This document shows positions 43,760 through 52,949 of a stretch of 54,157 bases of DNA, piece by piece. The translations under genes and the position numbers were made by a program. The notes beneath the pieces are model-generated. The model was not told where the DNA came from. It ran no database searches and saw only the letters and a list, made by a program, of their open reading frames with translations. Every line of letters starts with the position of its first letter. Positions within the stretch are counted from its first letter, which is position 1. The DNA comes from Candidatus Adlerbacteria bacterium (GTDB lineage: Bacteria; Patescibacteriota; Minisyncoccia; Phycocordibacterales; SBAW01): assembly GCA_903851045.1 (NCBI GenBank), contig CAINNF010000020.1, positions 1-54,157 of the forward strand, given 5' to 3'.

Positions 43760-44968
43760 ATGAGACTCCGCGACATCCTCATGCTATCGACACGCATGTT
43801 CAAGACGAACCCGTCGCGTACGTGGCTCACGATCCTTGGCATGGGTGTGGGTACGGGGGCGGTCGTGGCCCTGGTGGGTCTTGGATTCGGCCTCCAAGGC
43901 ATCATCCTCGAGCGTATCGTGCTGGGGGATACGCTCTTGTCGCTTAACGTGACGAACCCTCCGTCGCATGTCGTCACGCTCGACCAGCCGACACTCGACG
44001 AGTTTTCCGCCAACTCGTTCGTGAAAGACGTCTCACCTATGACGAGCTTCGCCGCGTCCATCACCTACAACGGACTGACGGGTAATGCGAACGTCGAAGG
44101 TATGAAACCATCGTACTTCCTCTATACCGGCACCAAGGCCGCTGCCGGGCAGTTGTTCAGCGAACAGACGGCGAACGAAGATAACGACTCGGTCATCATC
44201 ACGACCGCGATGCTTAAGTTGTTCGGGGTGCAGGACCCGGCCGATGCCATCGGTCAGACGCTCACGATGCACGTGTTCGTGCCGCAAGAGGGGAGCGACC
44301 AAACGAGCGAGGTGACGCTCGATAAGCAGTATCATATAAAAGGAGTCAGTAGCGACGACGGGACGCTTGCCGCGATCCTGACACTCGATGAGTTCAAGGC
44401 GCACTTCCAGATCCCATACTACGAGCGTGTACAGGTCCGCGTTGTCGACAGTAAGTCGCTTGGACCCATGCAGGACCTTATCATCGCGAAGGGGTTCTCG
44501 GTCACCGCACTGTCGAAGACGGTCGATCAAGCGAACAAGATCTTTCAGGGCATCCAAGCGGTGCTTGCCGTGTTCGGCGGCATCGCGCTCACGGTGTCAG
44601 CCATCGGTATGTTCAATACGATGACCGTGACGCTCCTGGAGCGTACTGCCGAGATTGGTGTCATGCGTACCATCGGTGCGTCGTCGCGTGACATCGTCAT
44701 ACTCTTCGTCGCGGAGGCGGTCATCGTGGGTCTCCTCGGTGGTGTCGTCGGTATCGGTATCGGGGGCGGGATAGGTGTCTTCTTTAATGAACTGTTGAGC
44801 CTTGCCGCTGGCAAGTTCGGCGGCGTATCAGTGTCACTCTTTCGATACCCACTGCCGTTCCTTGGCTTCATTATTCTGTTCTCCGGCGTGGTCGGTTTCA
44901 TCACCGGACTCTTTCCTGCGAGACGTGCCGCGAAGATCAACCCTCTTGACGCGATCCGATACAAATAA
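43760..44968 (+). CDS. MacB/FtsX-family ABC permease
   Basis: RTWLTILG, large extracellular domain, NTMTVTLLERTAEIGVMRTIGA and PARRAAKINPLDAIRY. Confidence 0.93.
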   Translation: MRLRDILMLSTRMFKTNPSRTWLTILGMGVGTGAVVALVGLGFGLQGIILERIVLGDTLLSLNVTNPPSHVVTLDQPTLDEFSANSFVKDVSPMTSFAASITYNGLTGNANVEGMKPSYFLYTGTKAAAGQLFSEQTANEDNDSVIITTAMLKLFGVQDPADAIGQTLTMHVFVPQEGSDQTSEVTLDKQYHIKGVSSDDGTLAAILTLDEFKAHFQIPYYERVQVRVVDSKSLGPMQDLIIAKGFSVTALSKTVDQANKIFQGIQAVLAVFGGIALTVSAIGMFNTMTVTLLERTAEIGVMRTIGASSRDIVILFVAEAVIVGLLGGVVGIGIGGGIGVFFNELLSLAAGKFGGVSVSLFRYPLPFLGFIILFSGVVGFITGLFPARRAAKINPLDAIRYK

Positions 44969-45057
44969 CGAAGGATCGACGAAGTTCAACCGTACTTATC
45001 CACACAAACGGGAGGTGCGTTTTGAGGTACCTACCACTTGGTGTTACCATTGAATTC

Positions 45058-46959
45058 ATGGATATACAGAAGAGTTCCGGCAAGGTAGTCGGTCGTGTCC
45101 GGCTTTTGCGTATTCTTCCATTTTTGCGTCCTACAACTATGTACGGTAAGGTCACGTTTCTGACTACGGTAGGGTGTGCTTTGCTTGGGGTCGGCATCGT
45201 TGTCGGATCTTTTTGGAACGTGAACGTGCCGAAAGTAAGCGCCGACAATGTCACTACCTCGGTGACCGTGCTCAACACACCGCCAAGCTGGACGGTCCAA
45301 GCACAGGAGTCAATCGCATCGGCTACAACCACACCAACCAACGCGGGTTCTATTATCACCTGGACCGCAACGGCTACCGACTCCAGTGCGGACAATTACT
45401 GGCTCATCATCTGTAAGACGAATGCTGCCCCGACCGCGAACGCGAGTTCGACACCAACATGTGGTGGTGGCGTAGCCAACCAGTGGGCCGCTTCGAACTA
45501 TACGCTCAGCGGCCAGGTCGCGAGCGCCGCCACGACCACCATAGAAAAGTTTCCGTTCAATAATGAAAAGAACGACTGGTTCGCATGGATCTGCGACGGT
45601 AGCGCTTCGCTCCCGCTTTGTAACGCTGCCTATTCGATAGGTTCGGGCGACACCGGTTCGCCGTTCATCATCAACCACCCTCCAGCATTTACCGCTATCG
45701 TGAACACGTCGCCTCAGGTCCCGGGTGCCACCATCACCTGGACCGCGACCGGTGCCGACTCGGACATGATCCGAGGTGGCGACTCGATCAAGCTCTATGT
45801 CTGTAAGACGGCGGTGTTCTCCGGTGGTGTGTGTGGTGGCGGATACTGGGCATCTTCGACGATCGCGAGCACTTCAGCAGTAGCGACGTACTCGATACCG
45901 ATACCGACACAAGACACGAGTTACGCTGCCTATGCGTACGTTACCGACAACTACGGTCTTGTTGCGACATCGACGAACCAAGGCGCGTCCACGGCTTACA
46001 GCGTCAGCAACGTTCCGCCGTCGGTGAGCGCCTCTTCTATCACGGTGGTCAACTACACTGGTTCCGGTAACCTCGCGCTCGCGACGCCTAACGGGAAGAC
46101 CGACAACTATACGGTTACGTTCCAGGCGACCGACAATAATAGCTGTCAAAACATATCGAGCGGCAACGAAATGAACGCGGCAACCGCTTCTATTAACGTC
46201 TTTCGTTCAGGTATAGGATCGACCTCATGTCTTACGTCGGGTCAATTCAACTCTAACAATTGTTACCCTCGCGCATCCGGGTATACCAACTTTAGTTGTA
46301 CGCAAGATGGGGGATCATGTTCAGGACCGACCGACTCGACCGCAACATTCACCTGTACGTTCTCGCTGTGGTATAACGCCGACCCGACAGATGCTGGTTC
46401 GCAACACTCAGGAGAGAAGTGGTCGGCAACCGTGCAGATAGCTGATGATAACCTCGCGTCCAGTACCTACGCGGAAGCGACCGTTGGCAGCACCACGATG
46501 ACCAGTTTCTTGGCGTTCGCAGTGACCGAGAGTGCGGTCGCCTTCGGAGCTCTCCAGCCGGGGCAGCAAAGCGACCCTTCGGCGACGACGACGCAGCTGA
46601 AGGCTCTCGGTAACGTTGGCGTCGATGAGGCGCTGTATGGTGACACGATGTGTACGAACTGGACAGGTTTCGACAAGTGCGATAATACCGGTTTTGATAA
46701 CACGAAAGATATCGCGATTGCGAACCAAAAGGTCGCGACATCGTCGGTGCTGTATACATCCCCCTACGCCTACGCCCTGGCTGGCTCCACGACACCGCTG
46801 TCGGTAGCATTGCACGTGCAGAAGACGACCTCGACCAGCTCACCACAAAGCAAGCTCACCTATTGGGCTATCAAGATCCCGGCAACGATAACATTCGCAG
46901 GAAATTATTCTGGCCAAGACGTGATAACTGCCGTTACCAGCGCTGCGGCCAATTGGTAA
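45058..46959 (+). CDS. Secreted Cys-containing multi-Ig protein sharing its C-terminal module with the giant protein
   Basis: Signal ending VSA-D; two ITWTAT..D Ig repeats; NNCY...YNADPTD...W and YWAIKIP...NYSG. ATG 45058 follows TGnTACCAT by 7 nt. Confidence 0.85.
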   Translation: MDIQKSSGKVVGRVRLLRILPFLRPTTMYGKVTFLTTVGCALLGVGIVVGSFWNVNVPKVSADNVTTSVTVLNTPPSWTVQAQESIASATTTPTNAGSIITWTATATDSSADNYWLIICKTNAAPTANASSTPTCGGGVANQWAASNYTLSGQVASAATTTIEKFPFNNEKNDWFAWICDGSASLPLCNAAYSIGSGDTGSPFIINHPPAFTAIVNTSPQVPGATITWTATGADSDMIRGGDSIKLYVCKTAVFSGGVCGGGYWASSTIASTSAVATYSIPIPTQDTSYAAYAYVTDNYGLVATSTNQGASTAYSVSNVPPSVSASSITVVNYTGSGNLALATPNGKTDNYTVTFQATDNNSCQNISSGNEMNAATASINVFRSGIGSTSCLTSGQFNSNNCYPRASGYTNFSCTQDGGSCSGPTDSTATFTCTFSLWYNADPTDAGSQHSGEKWSATVQIADDNLASSTYAEATVGSTTMTSFLAFAVTESAVAFGALQPGQQSDPSATTTQLKALGNVGVDEALYGDTMCTNWTGFDKCDNTGFDNTKDIAIANQKVATSSVLYTSPYAYALAGSTTPLSVALHVQKTTSTSSPQSKLTYWAIKIPATITFAGNYSGQDVITAVTSAAANW

Positions 46960-46960
46960 C

Positions 46961-47974
46961 ATGAAAACGAAAGACTCGTACCTCTGGCGACTCAGGCGCA
47001 CTCGTCGCTTCTTGCCGTTGCTGTTCGTGGTGTGTACGTTTCTGCTCAGCTTCTCGGTCGGTGTACATCCCGCAGCTGCCGGATTCGGCATCACCCCGCC
47101 GTACGTGCGTAGTGATCGTCTGACACGGGGTACCGAATATACACAACAAATAAACCTGGTCCGTTCCGACCCGGAAGAAGACCTGAAGGTCGACGTGACC
47201 ATCAACATCCCAGGTGTCGACGGATGGTTCTCTATCGATAAAGGGAACGAGTTCATCATTCCCAAAGGGGTCACCCAGATGCCTATCGTCGTGACCGTGC
47301 ATGTCCCGACGGGGGCTGACTATAACGACTACAAGGGCACGATCCGTATCAGAACGTCCGCAGCGAACGTGCAGTCAGGGAGCGGTGTGTCCATCGCACT
47401 CGGTGCCCAGATCGATGTCGACATCAAGGTGGTCGATAAGATCTTCGACTTTAACGTGCGTCAGATACGCGTCGCTGACCTTGAAGAGGGGATACTGAAG
47501 TGGGGATTATTCTTCCCCGGCAAGATCCGTTTCTTCATGATCATAGAGAACACGGGTAACACCACGTTCGGGCCAAGCAAGGTGCACTTCGATATCTATG
47601 ATAGTAATGGCGAGAATCTGCTCGAGTCCGTCGACAACACGAACCATATCGAGCAGATCGCACCCTTCGCGACGAAAGAGGTGTTGGCGGAGCTCCCGAC
47701 ACGGCTTCCCGCGGGGTCCTACACCGTCAAGTATACGATCTACAAGAACAGCGACGTCGCACAGCAAGGCCAGATCAGTCTTAGTATCGCCGCACTCGGT
47801 AGTGTCCCCGGGTACGAAGGGTACGGGTTCGATGGTCTCTCGCTCACCGACAAGTTGAAGGTTGCCGGGGTGCTCGGCGCTCCGATAGTTATTCTGCTGA
47901 TCTTTGTGACAGCCTTGGTAGTCCGACGCCGCAGACGAAGTAAGAAAAAAATGAATGGGTACTCATCGCGATGA
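46961..47974 (+). CDS. DUF916/DUF3324-like (WxL-interacting-protein-like) membrane-anchored protein
   Basis: FGITPP start, V.VP..A....Y.G.I, IENTGN, LPAGSY; C-terminal TM plus basic tail. Confidence 0.6.
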   Translation: MKTKDSYLWRLRRTRRFLPLLFVVCTFLLSFSVGVHPAAAGFGITPPYVRSDRLTRGTEYTQQINLVRSDPEEDLKVDVTINIPGVDGWFSIDKGNEFIIPKGVTQMPIVVTVHVPTGADYNDYKGTIRIRTSAANVQSGSGVSIALGAQIDVDIKVVDKIFDFNVRQIRVADLEEGILKWGLFFPGKIRFFMIIENTGNTTFGPSKVHFDIYDSNGENLLESVDNTNHIEQIAPFATKEVLAELPTRLPAGSYTVKYTIYKNSDVAQQGQISLSIAALGSVPGYEGYGFDGLSLTDKLKVAGVLGAPIVILLIFVTALVVRRRRRSKKKMNGYSSR

Positions 47975-49136
47975 TACGAATGCTGGTAGGACGGTACCGT
48001 GGCGCTATATATACGCACTGTTGGGTATAGCGTGTGTCATTGGTGTCGTCGTGTACGTCGTACGGCAGCCGCCACAAGCGCTTGCCGACATACTGCAGAC
48101 GAGCATCACGATCTCTATTTGTGGCAACGGACAGGTCGATCCCGGTGAGGCGTGTGATGATGGAATCGGGAACAACGTCGGCTCGTACGGTTCCACGACC
48201 GCACAGCGGGTGTGCTTGCCTGACTGTTCGGGCTATGGGCCGTACTGCGGAGATGGGGTGCTGCAGGTTCGTTTTAACGAACAATGTGACGAAGGTACGG
48301 CGAACGGCCCGACCAGTCTCTGTAGTGCAACTTGCGTCTCGCAACCTGCGGTACCGGCCTCGTCGCCGCCGCAAGTGCTCGGCAATATCCCGTCCCGGTC
48401 GGACGTGAGTCCCGGCGTCATTTCAGCGGCAGCACAGACGCAGGTGGTCTTGCGTGGGAAGGCGTATCCGAATAGCGATGTACACATCCTTCTTGACGGC
48501 GTAGCCGCCAGTATCGTGCGGGCCGACTCGAACGCAGACTTTTTATATAGTACGACCGACGTCACCCCCGGCACCGCAACGTTCAGCTTTTGGGCCAATG
48601 ATTCGGGAGGGGCGACCTCTGTGACCACATCCGTGGTCTTCGACATCGTCCAAAGCGCCGTTACGAGCGTCAACAACATCTTCCTTCCTCCAACGCTCAG
48701 TGTGAGCGCTCGACAGATAGCCCCAGGCGGGTTGCTCACGGTCTCGGGACAATCGGTGCCATCCGCGACGGTCATCATCAATCTGGACAAGGATACATCC
48801 GATGCGCTCGCAGCCGCGGTCGACCACAGTGGCACCTGGGCACTGCAGCTTGATACCAGCTCTATAACGCAAGGGTTCCATAGCGCGAAAGCCTCGTTCG
48901 AGCTTGCGAGTTCGAGCAGAAGCGGTTTCGGTAAATCCGTGAACTTTTTCGTCGGTAACCAGCTGCCGAAGGGTGGACCGTCTCCCGACATGAACGGCGA
49001 CGGTAAGGTGAATCTGGTGGACTTCTCGATATTTCTTCTCAGCTGGGGGACGCATGATGTGCGGGCGGACTTTAACGAGGATGGCACGGTCAACTTGGCC
49101 GACTTCAGTATCATGCTCTTTAATTGGACAGGATAG
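47955..49136 (+). CDS. Secreted protein with Cys-rich repeats, Ig domains and C-terminal dockerin-like domain
   Basis: CGNGQVDPGEACDDG and CGDGVLQ...EQCDEG (myxobacterial-type Cys-rich repeats); DMNGDGKVNLVDFSI...DFNEDGTVNLADFSI duplicated Ca-binding loops. Confidence 0.85.
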   Translation: MGTHRDDTNAGRTVPWRYIYALLGIACVIGVVVYVVRQPPQALADILQTSITISICGNGQVDPGEACDDGIGNNVGSYGSTTAQRVCLPDCSGYGPYCGDGVLQVRFNEQCDEGTANGPTSLCSATCVSQPAVPASSPPQVLGNIPSRSDVSPGVISAAAQTQVVLRGKAYPNSDVHILLDGVAASIVRADSNADFLYSTTDVTPGTATFSFWANDSGGATSVTTSVVFDIVQSAVTSVNNIFLPPTLSVSARQIAPGGLLTVSGQSVPSATVIINLDKDTSDALAAAVDHSGTWALQLDTSSITQGFHSAKASFELASSSRSGFGKSVNFFVGNQLPKGGPSPDMNGDGKVNLVDFSIFLLSWGTHDVRADFNEDGTVNLADFSIMLFNWTG

Positions 49137-49171
49137 CGGCGGCACTTTAAAAAAACAGCTATACTATACGC

Positions 49172-50116
49172 ATGCCCCCTTATTTCCTACGTATCGCTTT
49201 GGGAGTGCTGTTTCTCACCCTGCTTCCCGGAGTCGCTTCTGCTGCATCACTGTCGCTTGATCCGGCGACCGGTACCTATGGTCCGGGAGACACTTTTATC
49301 GAAACGATCCGTATCGATAATGATGGTGATTGTATCAATGCGGCGAACGTCGCGCTCACGTATCCGAAAGATACGCTCCGTGCCGTCGACTTCAGTCGTG
49401 GCGACTCGATCTTGAGTTTGTGGGCGGTCGAGCCGCGCATAGACACCGCCCAAGGCACGGTGGTGTTCGCGGGAGGTATACCGGGCGGATACTGCGGCAG
49501 GATCGCCGGCGATGCAGCACTGAGCAACGTACTCGGGGAGGTCATCTTCACGGTGATCGGTGCGGCAGCGAAGACCGCTGCGATCCACTTCTCTCCCGCT
49601 TCCGCGGTGTATCTCAATGATGGGGCAGGTACGCTGGCAAAGCTGACCACCCACGATGACACCGTCGCTATCGCCCCGACGGCGCAACTCTCGAACAATC
49701 AATGGCTTTCCGACGTCGCAAACGACCACACCCCACCGCAGCCATTCGTTATCCAGGTCGAATCGACCAGCGGTGTGTTCGGGGGGCGATACTACATCGT
49801 GTTTTCGACGACCGACAAAGAGAGCGGGTTGGACCACTACGAGATATTCGAGAACGGAGCATGGAGGCATGTCGCGAGTCCGTATCTGCTAAAGAACCAA
49901 TCTTTACTTGGGGTGGGTGACATACAGGTCCGGGCGATAGATAAGGCGGGTAATATTCGGATGGGTACCTACTCGCCGGCATTGACACCGAAGCGTCAGT
50001 TGTCGTTCACCGATTTTATACCGTTCGTCATAGTCACACTTGTCTCACTCCTCATCGGTATCTCGTGGTATCTCGAACATCGAAAGTGGAAAGCCCGGCG
50101 TGAGGTCCAGGGGTAG
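49172..50116 (+). CDS. Cohesin-domain membrane protein (cohesin, Ig, TM)
   Basis: LSLDPATG...INAANVALTY...LSLW...GTVVFAGG...LNDGAGT; DHTPP...DKESGLDHY...AIDKAGN; C-terminal TM. Confidence 0.8.
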   Translation: MPPYFLRIALGVLFLTLLPGVASAASLSLDPATGTYGPGDTFIETIRIDNDGDCINAANVALTYPKDTLRAVDFSRGDSILSLWAVEPRIDTAQGTVVFAGGIPGGYCGRIAGDAALSNVLGEVIFTVIGAAAKTAAIHFSPASAVYLNDGAGTLAKLTTHDDTVAIAPTAQLSNNQWLSDVANDHTPPQPFVIQVESTSGVFGGRYYIVFSTTDKESGLDHYEIFENGAWRHVASPYLLKNQSLLGVGDIQVRAIDKAGNIRMGTYSPALTPKRQLSFTDFIPFVIVTLVSLLIGISWYLEHRKWKARREVQG

Positions 50117-50117
50117 T

Positions 50118-50855
50118 ATGAAACGTATCTATTACGGCATCTTCCTTCTCAGCGCCACGCTGTTCCCGCTCTGGAGCGCTTCTGCCGCAGCTCTGTCCGG
50201 TGGTGAGTTGTATATGACACCCGAGAGCGACCTACGTACCATCGGTGAACCGTTCGATGTGCGAGTGTATGCCAATACCAACGGTCAGGCCGTCAACGCC
50301 ATCGAAGGAGAGTTGGTCTATAACCCGAGCGATCTATCGGTAGAGGCGATCTCTATAGACCACTCCGTTCTTGCTTCATGGTCCACGGTGCCGTCCTACG
50401 ATAGTGCCGCTGGGATCGTTCGATTTTCCGGATGGGCGGCGCAACCGTTCATCGGTTCCGAAGGATTATTGATAACTATTACGTTCCGACCCCTTCGGGT
50501 GGGTCAAAGTAGTGTAGATTTCAACTCCGGTTCCATGCTCGCGTCGAACGAAAGGGGAAGCAATATCATAACCTCGATGAGATCGAGTGTGTTTCGTGTA
50601 CAGCCCATACAGACGCAGCCACCGGCACCAGTGGTGCCGCTAGTCGCTTCTACGACGATCCAGTCTACCACCACCGATACACAGACCCCGGCCACGCCAC
50701 CTCCTACACAAGTGCCCCCAGCCCCGGAGCGGTCGAACGCCGCAGCACTCGCGCTCAGTGGTGTAGAGTTGGCACCGTTCCTCATCCCTTTTCTAGCGAT
50801 CTTGGCGCTCATCGCGTTCGGTATCGCGTACGTACTGCATCGCTTCACACGGTGA
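50118..50855 (+). CDS. Cohesin-domain membrane protein (cohesin, Pro/Thr linker, TM)
   Basis: VNAIEGELVYN...W...GIVRFSG...LITITFRP; C-terminal TM. Start placed at ATG 50118. Confidence 0.8.
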   Translation: MKRIYYGIFLLSATLFPLWSASAAALSGGELYMTPESDLRTIGEPFDVRVYANTNGQAVNAIEGELVYNPSDLSVEAISIDHSVLASWSTVPSYDSAAGIVRFSGWAAQPFIGSEGLLITITFRPLRVGQSSVDFNSGSMLASNERGSNIITSMRSSVFRVQPIQTQPPAPVVPLVASTTIQSTTTDTQTPATPPPTQVPPAPERSNAAALALSGVELAPFLIPFLAILALIAFGIAYVLHRFTR

Positions 50856-51644
50856 TCACATCTTCGATAGCATGATCGAGAGATCGTCGAGCCCTACCGA
50901 ACCGTTCATATTGAAGTCATATCGCGGATCATAGGGACCCAGCATCTTGAAGATTAGGATGGATAGGTCCACCAGATTTATCTTCCCGTCACCGTTCAAA
51001 TCCAAGTTTGGTGGAGTGGCTGTCGGTGCTGAAGGTGCACCGGAAGAACCGCCCCCCGCGACCACCAAGGTGTCTGGAGTTTTGATGGTATATGTTATGG
51101 TGCGTGTGTCCGTGTCGATCGGTTTACCCGTATCATTGCTCGGAAAGACCTGTACGTTCTTAAATTGGAGCAGTGCGGAACCAGGTGTCTTGGTGCGTAC
51201 CGTCAGTGTTAACATGGTCCCGGTACCCATGAGACCTCCTTGCTTGGTCGTGCCACCGCTGAAGTGTATCTCACCTGAATCCTCGTCGATACTCGTGTCC
51301 TCGGTCCACAAGTCAAAAAACGACCTCTCCTTACTTATGCCGACGATCTCAAGAGTGTCTTTTGAAAAGGAGATGGTCGCACCAAGAGCGTTGATTGGTA
51401 CCCTCGTATTGATGTTGATGTCGATCGTGGTCGTTGTCCCAGGAGGTATCGTCTCGTCCCCATACGGGGTAAAGAACACGGTCGTGGTGGTTCCTCCGAT
51501 CGACGACAGGCTAGAGGCGAGGAGACCCAAGATCGCGTTTGGATGTATCGCCACGAGCGACGCAACCCCTAATGTGACACTCAAGAGTAGGGCGACGTTC
51601 AGTCGCGTCAGTCGTGCTCGAATGTGTCGGCGAAGCTGTCGCAT
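50856..51644 (-). CDS. Cohesin plus dockerin adaptor-like protein
   Basis: N-terminal TM; INALGATISF...FDLW...GEIHFSGG; C-terminal DLNGDGKINLVDLSIL...DFNMNGSVGLDDLSIML. Confidence 0.82.
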   Translation of the reverse strand: MRQLRRHIRARLTRLNVALLLSVTLGVASLVAIHPNAILGLLASSLSSIGGTTTTVFFTPYGDETIPPGTTTTIDININTRVPINALGATISFSKDTLEIVGISKERSFFDLWTEDTSIDEDSGEIHFSGGTTKQGGLMGTGTMLTLTVRTKTPGSALLQFKNVQVFPSNDTGKPIDTDTRTITYTIKTPDTLVVAGGGSSGAPSAPTATPPNLDLNGDGKINLVDLSILIFKMLGPYDPRYDFNMNGSVGLDDLSIMLSKM

Positions 51645-51660
51645 ACCAGGTCATTGTACC

Positions 51661-52458
51661 TCAGGAAGAGAGCGGTAGGGGAGCGTCGATCGGCAAGGGG
51701 GTATTTATATGCGATATGGTCGTTGTTGAGAAGTATGGGTCGCTGGTAAAGAGTAAGTACCGCACATCGAAACTGTGTGGGTCAATCCACACATCGACGG
51801 TGCCGTTCTTCCCGATACGACCGACAAGCGCATTGAGCGGGCCATCACTGATCCCGAACGCACTTTTTGAAAGCGTGAAGGTGTACCGTAGAAGCGGTTC
51901 GTTACCCCAGCGTTCGAGACCATGGTTTTTGAGCAGGGAAAGATAGGCGCCGTTTTGAGCAAGCAACGTCAGATTATCTTGGATAGGTCCTGCGATAGCG
52001 ATGCTCGTGTAGTTACCCGGTATGGTGGTGTCGGTAAAGTGTTTCCATTGCGGAGTTCGTTGTATGGATGCCTGCAAAACTGGGTCACGAGAGTCTACCT
52101 TTATATAGACGTCGTTTCCTATAGAGACATCCCAGTGAGTGAACGAGTGTCCGATCGTGTCTGCTCCTATAAAGAGGGTTGTGGTCGAGTATGACCCGAA
52201 ACGTTGCTGCGCATGGTCCACGTCGTAGGTGCCAACTATCTGGAGCGTTCGATCGCCGATCTTGGTCCGTGTCTCGACATACTGAGTGTACGAAGTGACG
52301 GAGGGTACCTTAGCGAACGCGTGTCGGATGGGTGCATCGAGTCCCGATTGAGAGGTGTGAGTCAGTTGGAACACGCACCATGCGCCCACGCTGACAGCGA
52401 CGAGGGCAAGGGCCGCGACGACAGAGATCTTCTTCCTTTTGGAGGTGTTTTTAAGCAC
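51661..52458 (-). CDS. Membrane-anchored LppX/LprG (LolA-fold)-like protein
   Basis: IGNDVYIK, W, VDVWID and HINTPLPIDAP pattern. GTG 52458 lies 6 nt after TATGAT. Confidence 0.6.
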   Translation of the reverse strand: MLKNTSKRKKISVVAALALVAVSVGAWCVFQLTHTSQSGLDAPIRHAFAKVPSVTSYTQYVETRTKIGDRTLQIVGTYDVDHAQQRFGSYSTTTLFIGADTIGHSFTHWDVSIGNDVYIKVDSRDPVLQASIQRTPQWKHFTDTTIPGNYTSIAIAGPIQDNLTLLAQNGAYLSLLKNHGLERWGNEPLLRYTFTLSKSAFGISDGPLNALVGRIGKNGTVDVWIDPHSFDVRYLLFTSDPYFSTTTISHINTPLPIDAPLPLSS

Positions 52459-52529
52459 CTCTTCATCATACGCTACTTGTCCACAGGTTATATATAAGTT
52501 GTCAACACGTAGGATACAATAAATCAAGG

Positions 52530-52569
52530 AATCTCGGCACTCGAGATTCGCATCTCGGCACCCGAGATT
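52530..52569. promoter_or_regulatory. Tandem palindromic operator
   Basis: ATCTCG-GCACT-CGAGAT and ATCTCG-GCACC-CGAGAT, 21 bp apart, between a -10-like element (52510-52520) and the HTH gene start. Confidence 0.7.
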
Positions 52570-52574
52570 GTTGT

Positions 52575-52949
52575 ATGGCAAAGGAAAAATACATTTCTCT
52601 GAAAGAAGCGGCCGCACAGTCTGGATATACTGCAGATTATGTGGGCCAACTCATACGTCGCGGTAAGCTCCCTGGTAAACAGGTTTTTTCGCATGTCGCG
52701 TGGATGACGACCGAAGAGGCGTTGCAAGAATATATAAAGAAGAATAAGAAAGATGTCGCACAACCTAATCCTGTAAGTTGGAAAGAGAAGCTCATCGATT
52801 CGTTCGACTTTTCGCTGATATCGAAGGTTATCTTAGGAGCGACAATCGCATTCGTTGCGATATTCATCCTCTTCCTTATATATATCTTCTCGGTCAGCAT
52901 TGATAGGAATATAAACAATACCTATCAGCAGAAACTCGAACGCGTATGA
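52575..52949 (+). CDS. Excisionase/MerR-like HTH protein with C-terminal TM helix
   Basis: YISLKEAAAQSGYTADYVGQLIRRGKLPGKQV; TM at residues ~83-106. Confidence 0.85.
   Translation: MAKEKYISLKEAAAQSGYTADYVGQLIRRGKLPGKQVFSHVAWMTTEEALQEYIKKNKKDVAQPNPVSWKEKLIDSFDFSLISKVILGATIAFVAIFILFLIYIFSVSIDRNINNTYQQKLERV

Noticed and set aside
20384..51644. True cellulosome
   Set aside because: No catalytic carbohydrate-active domains and no multi-cohesin scaffoldin were recognised.
52470..52530. Replication origin
   Set aside because: Only one or two degenerate DnaA boxes in a short spacer, with no dnaA or box cluster.
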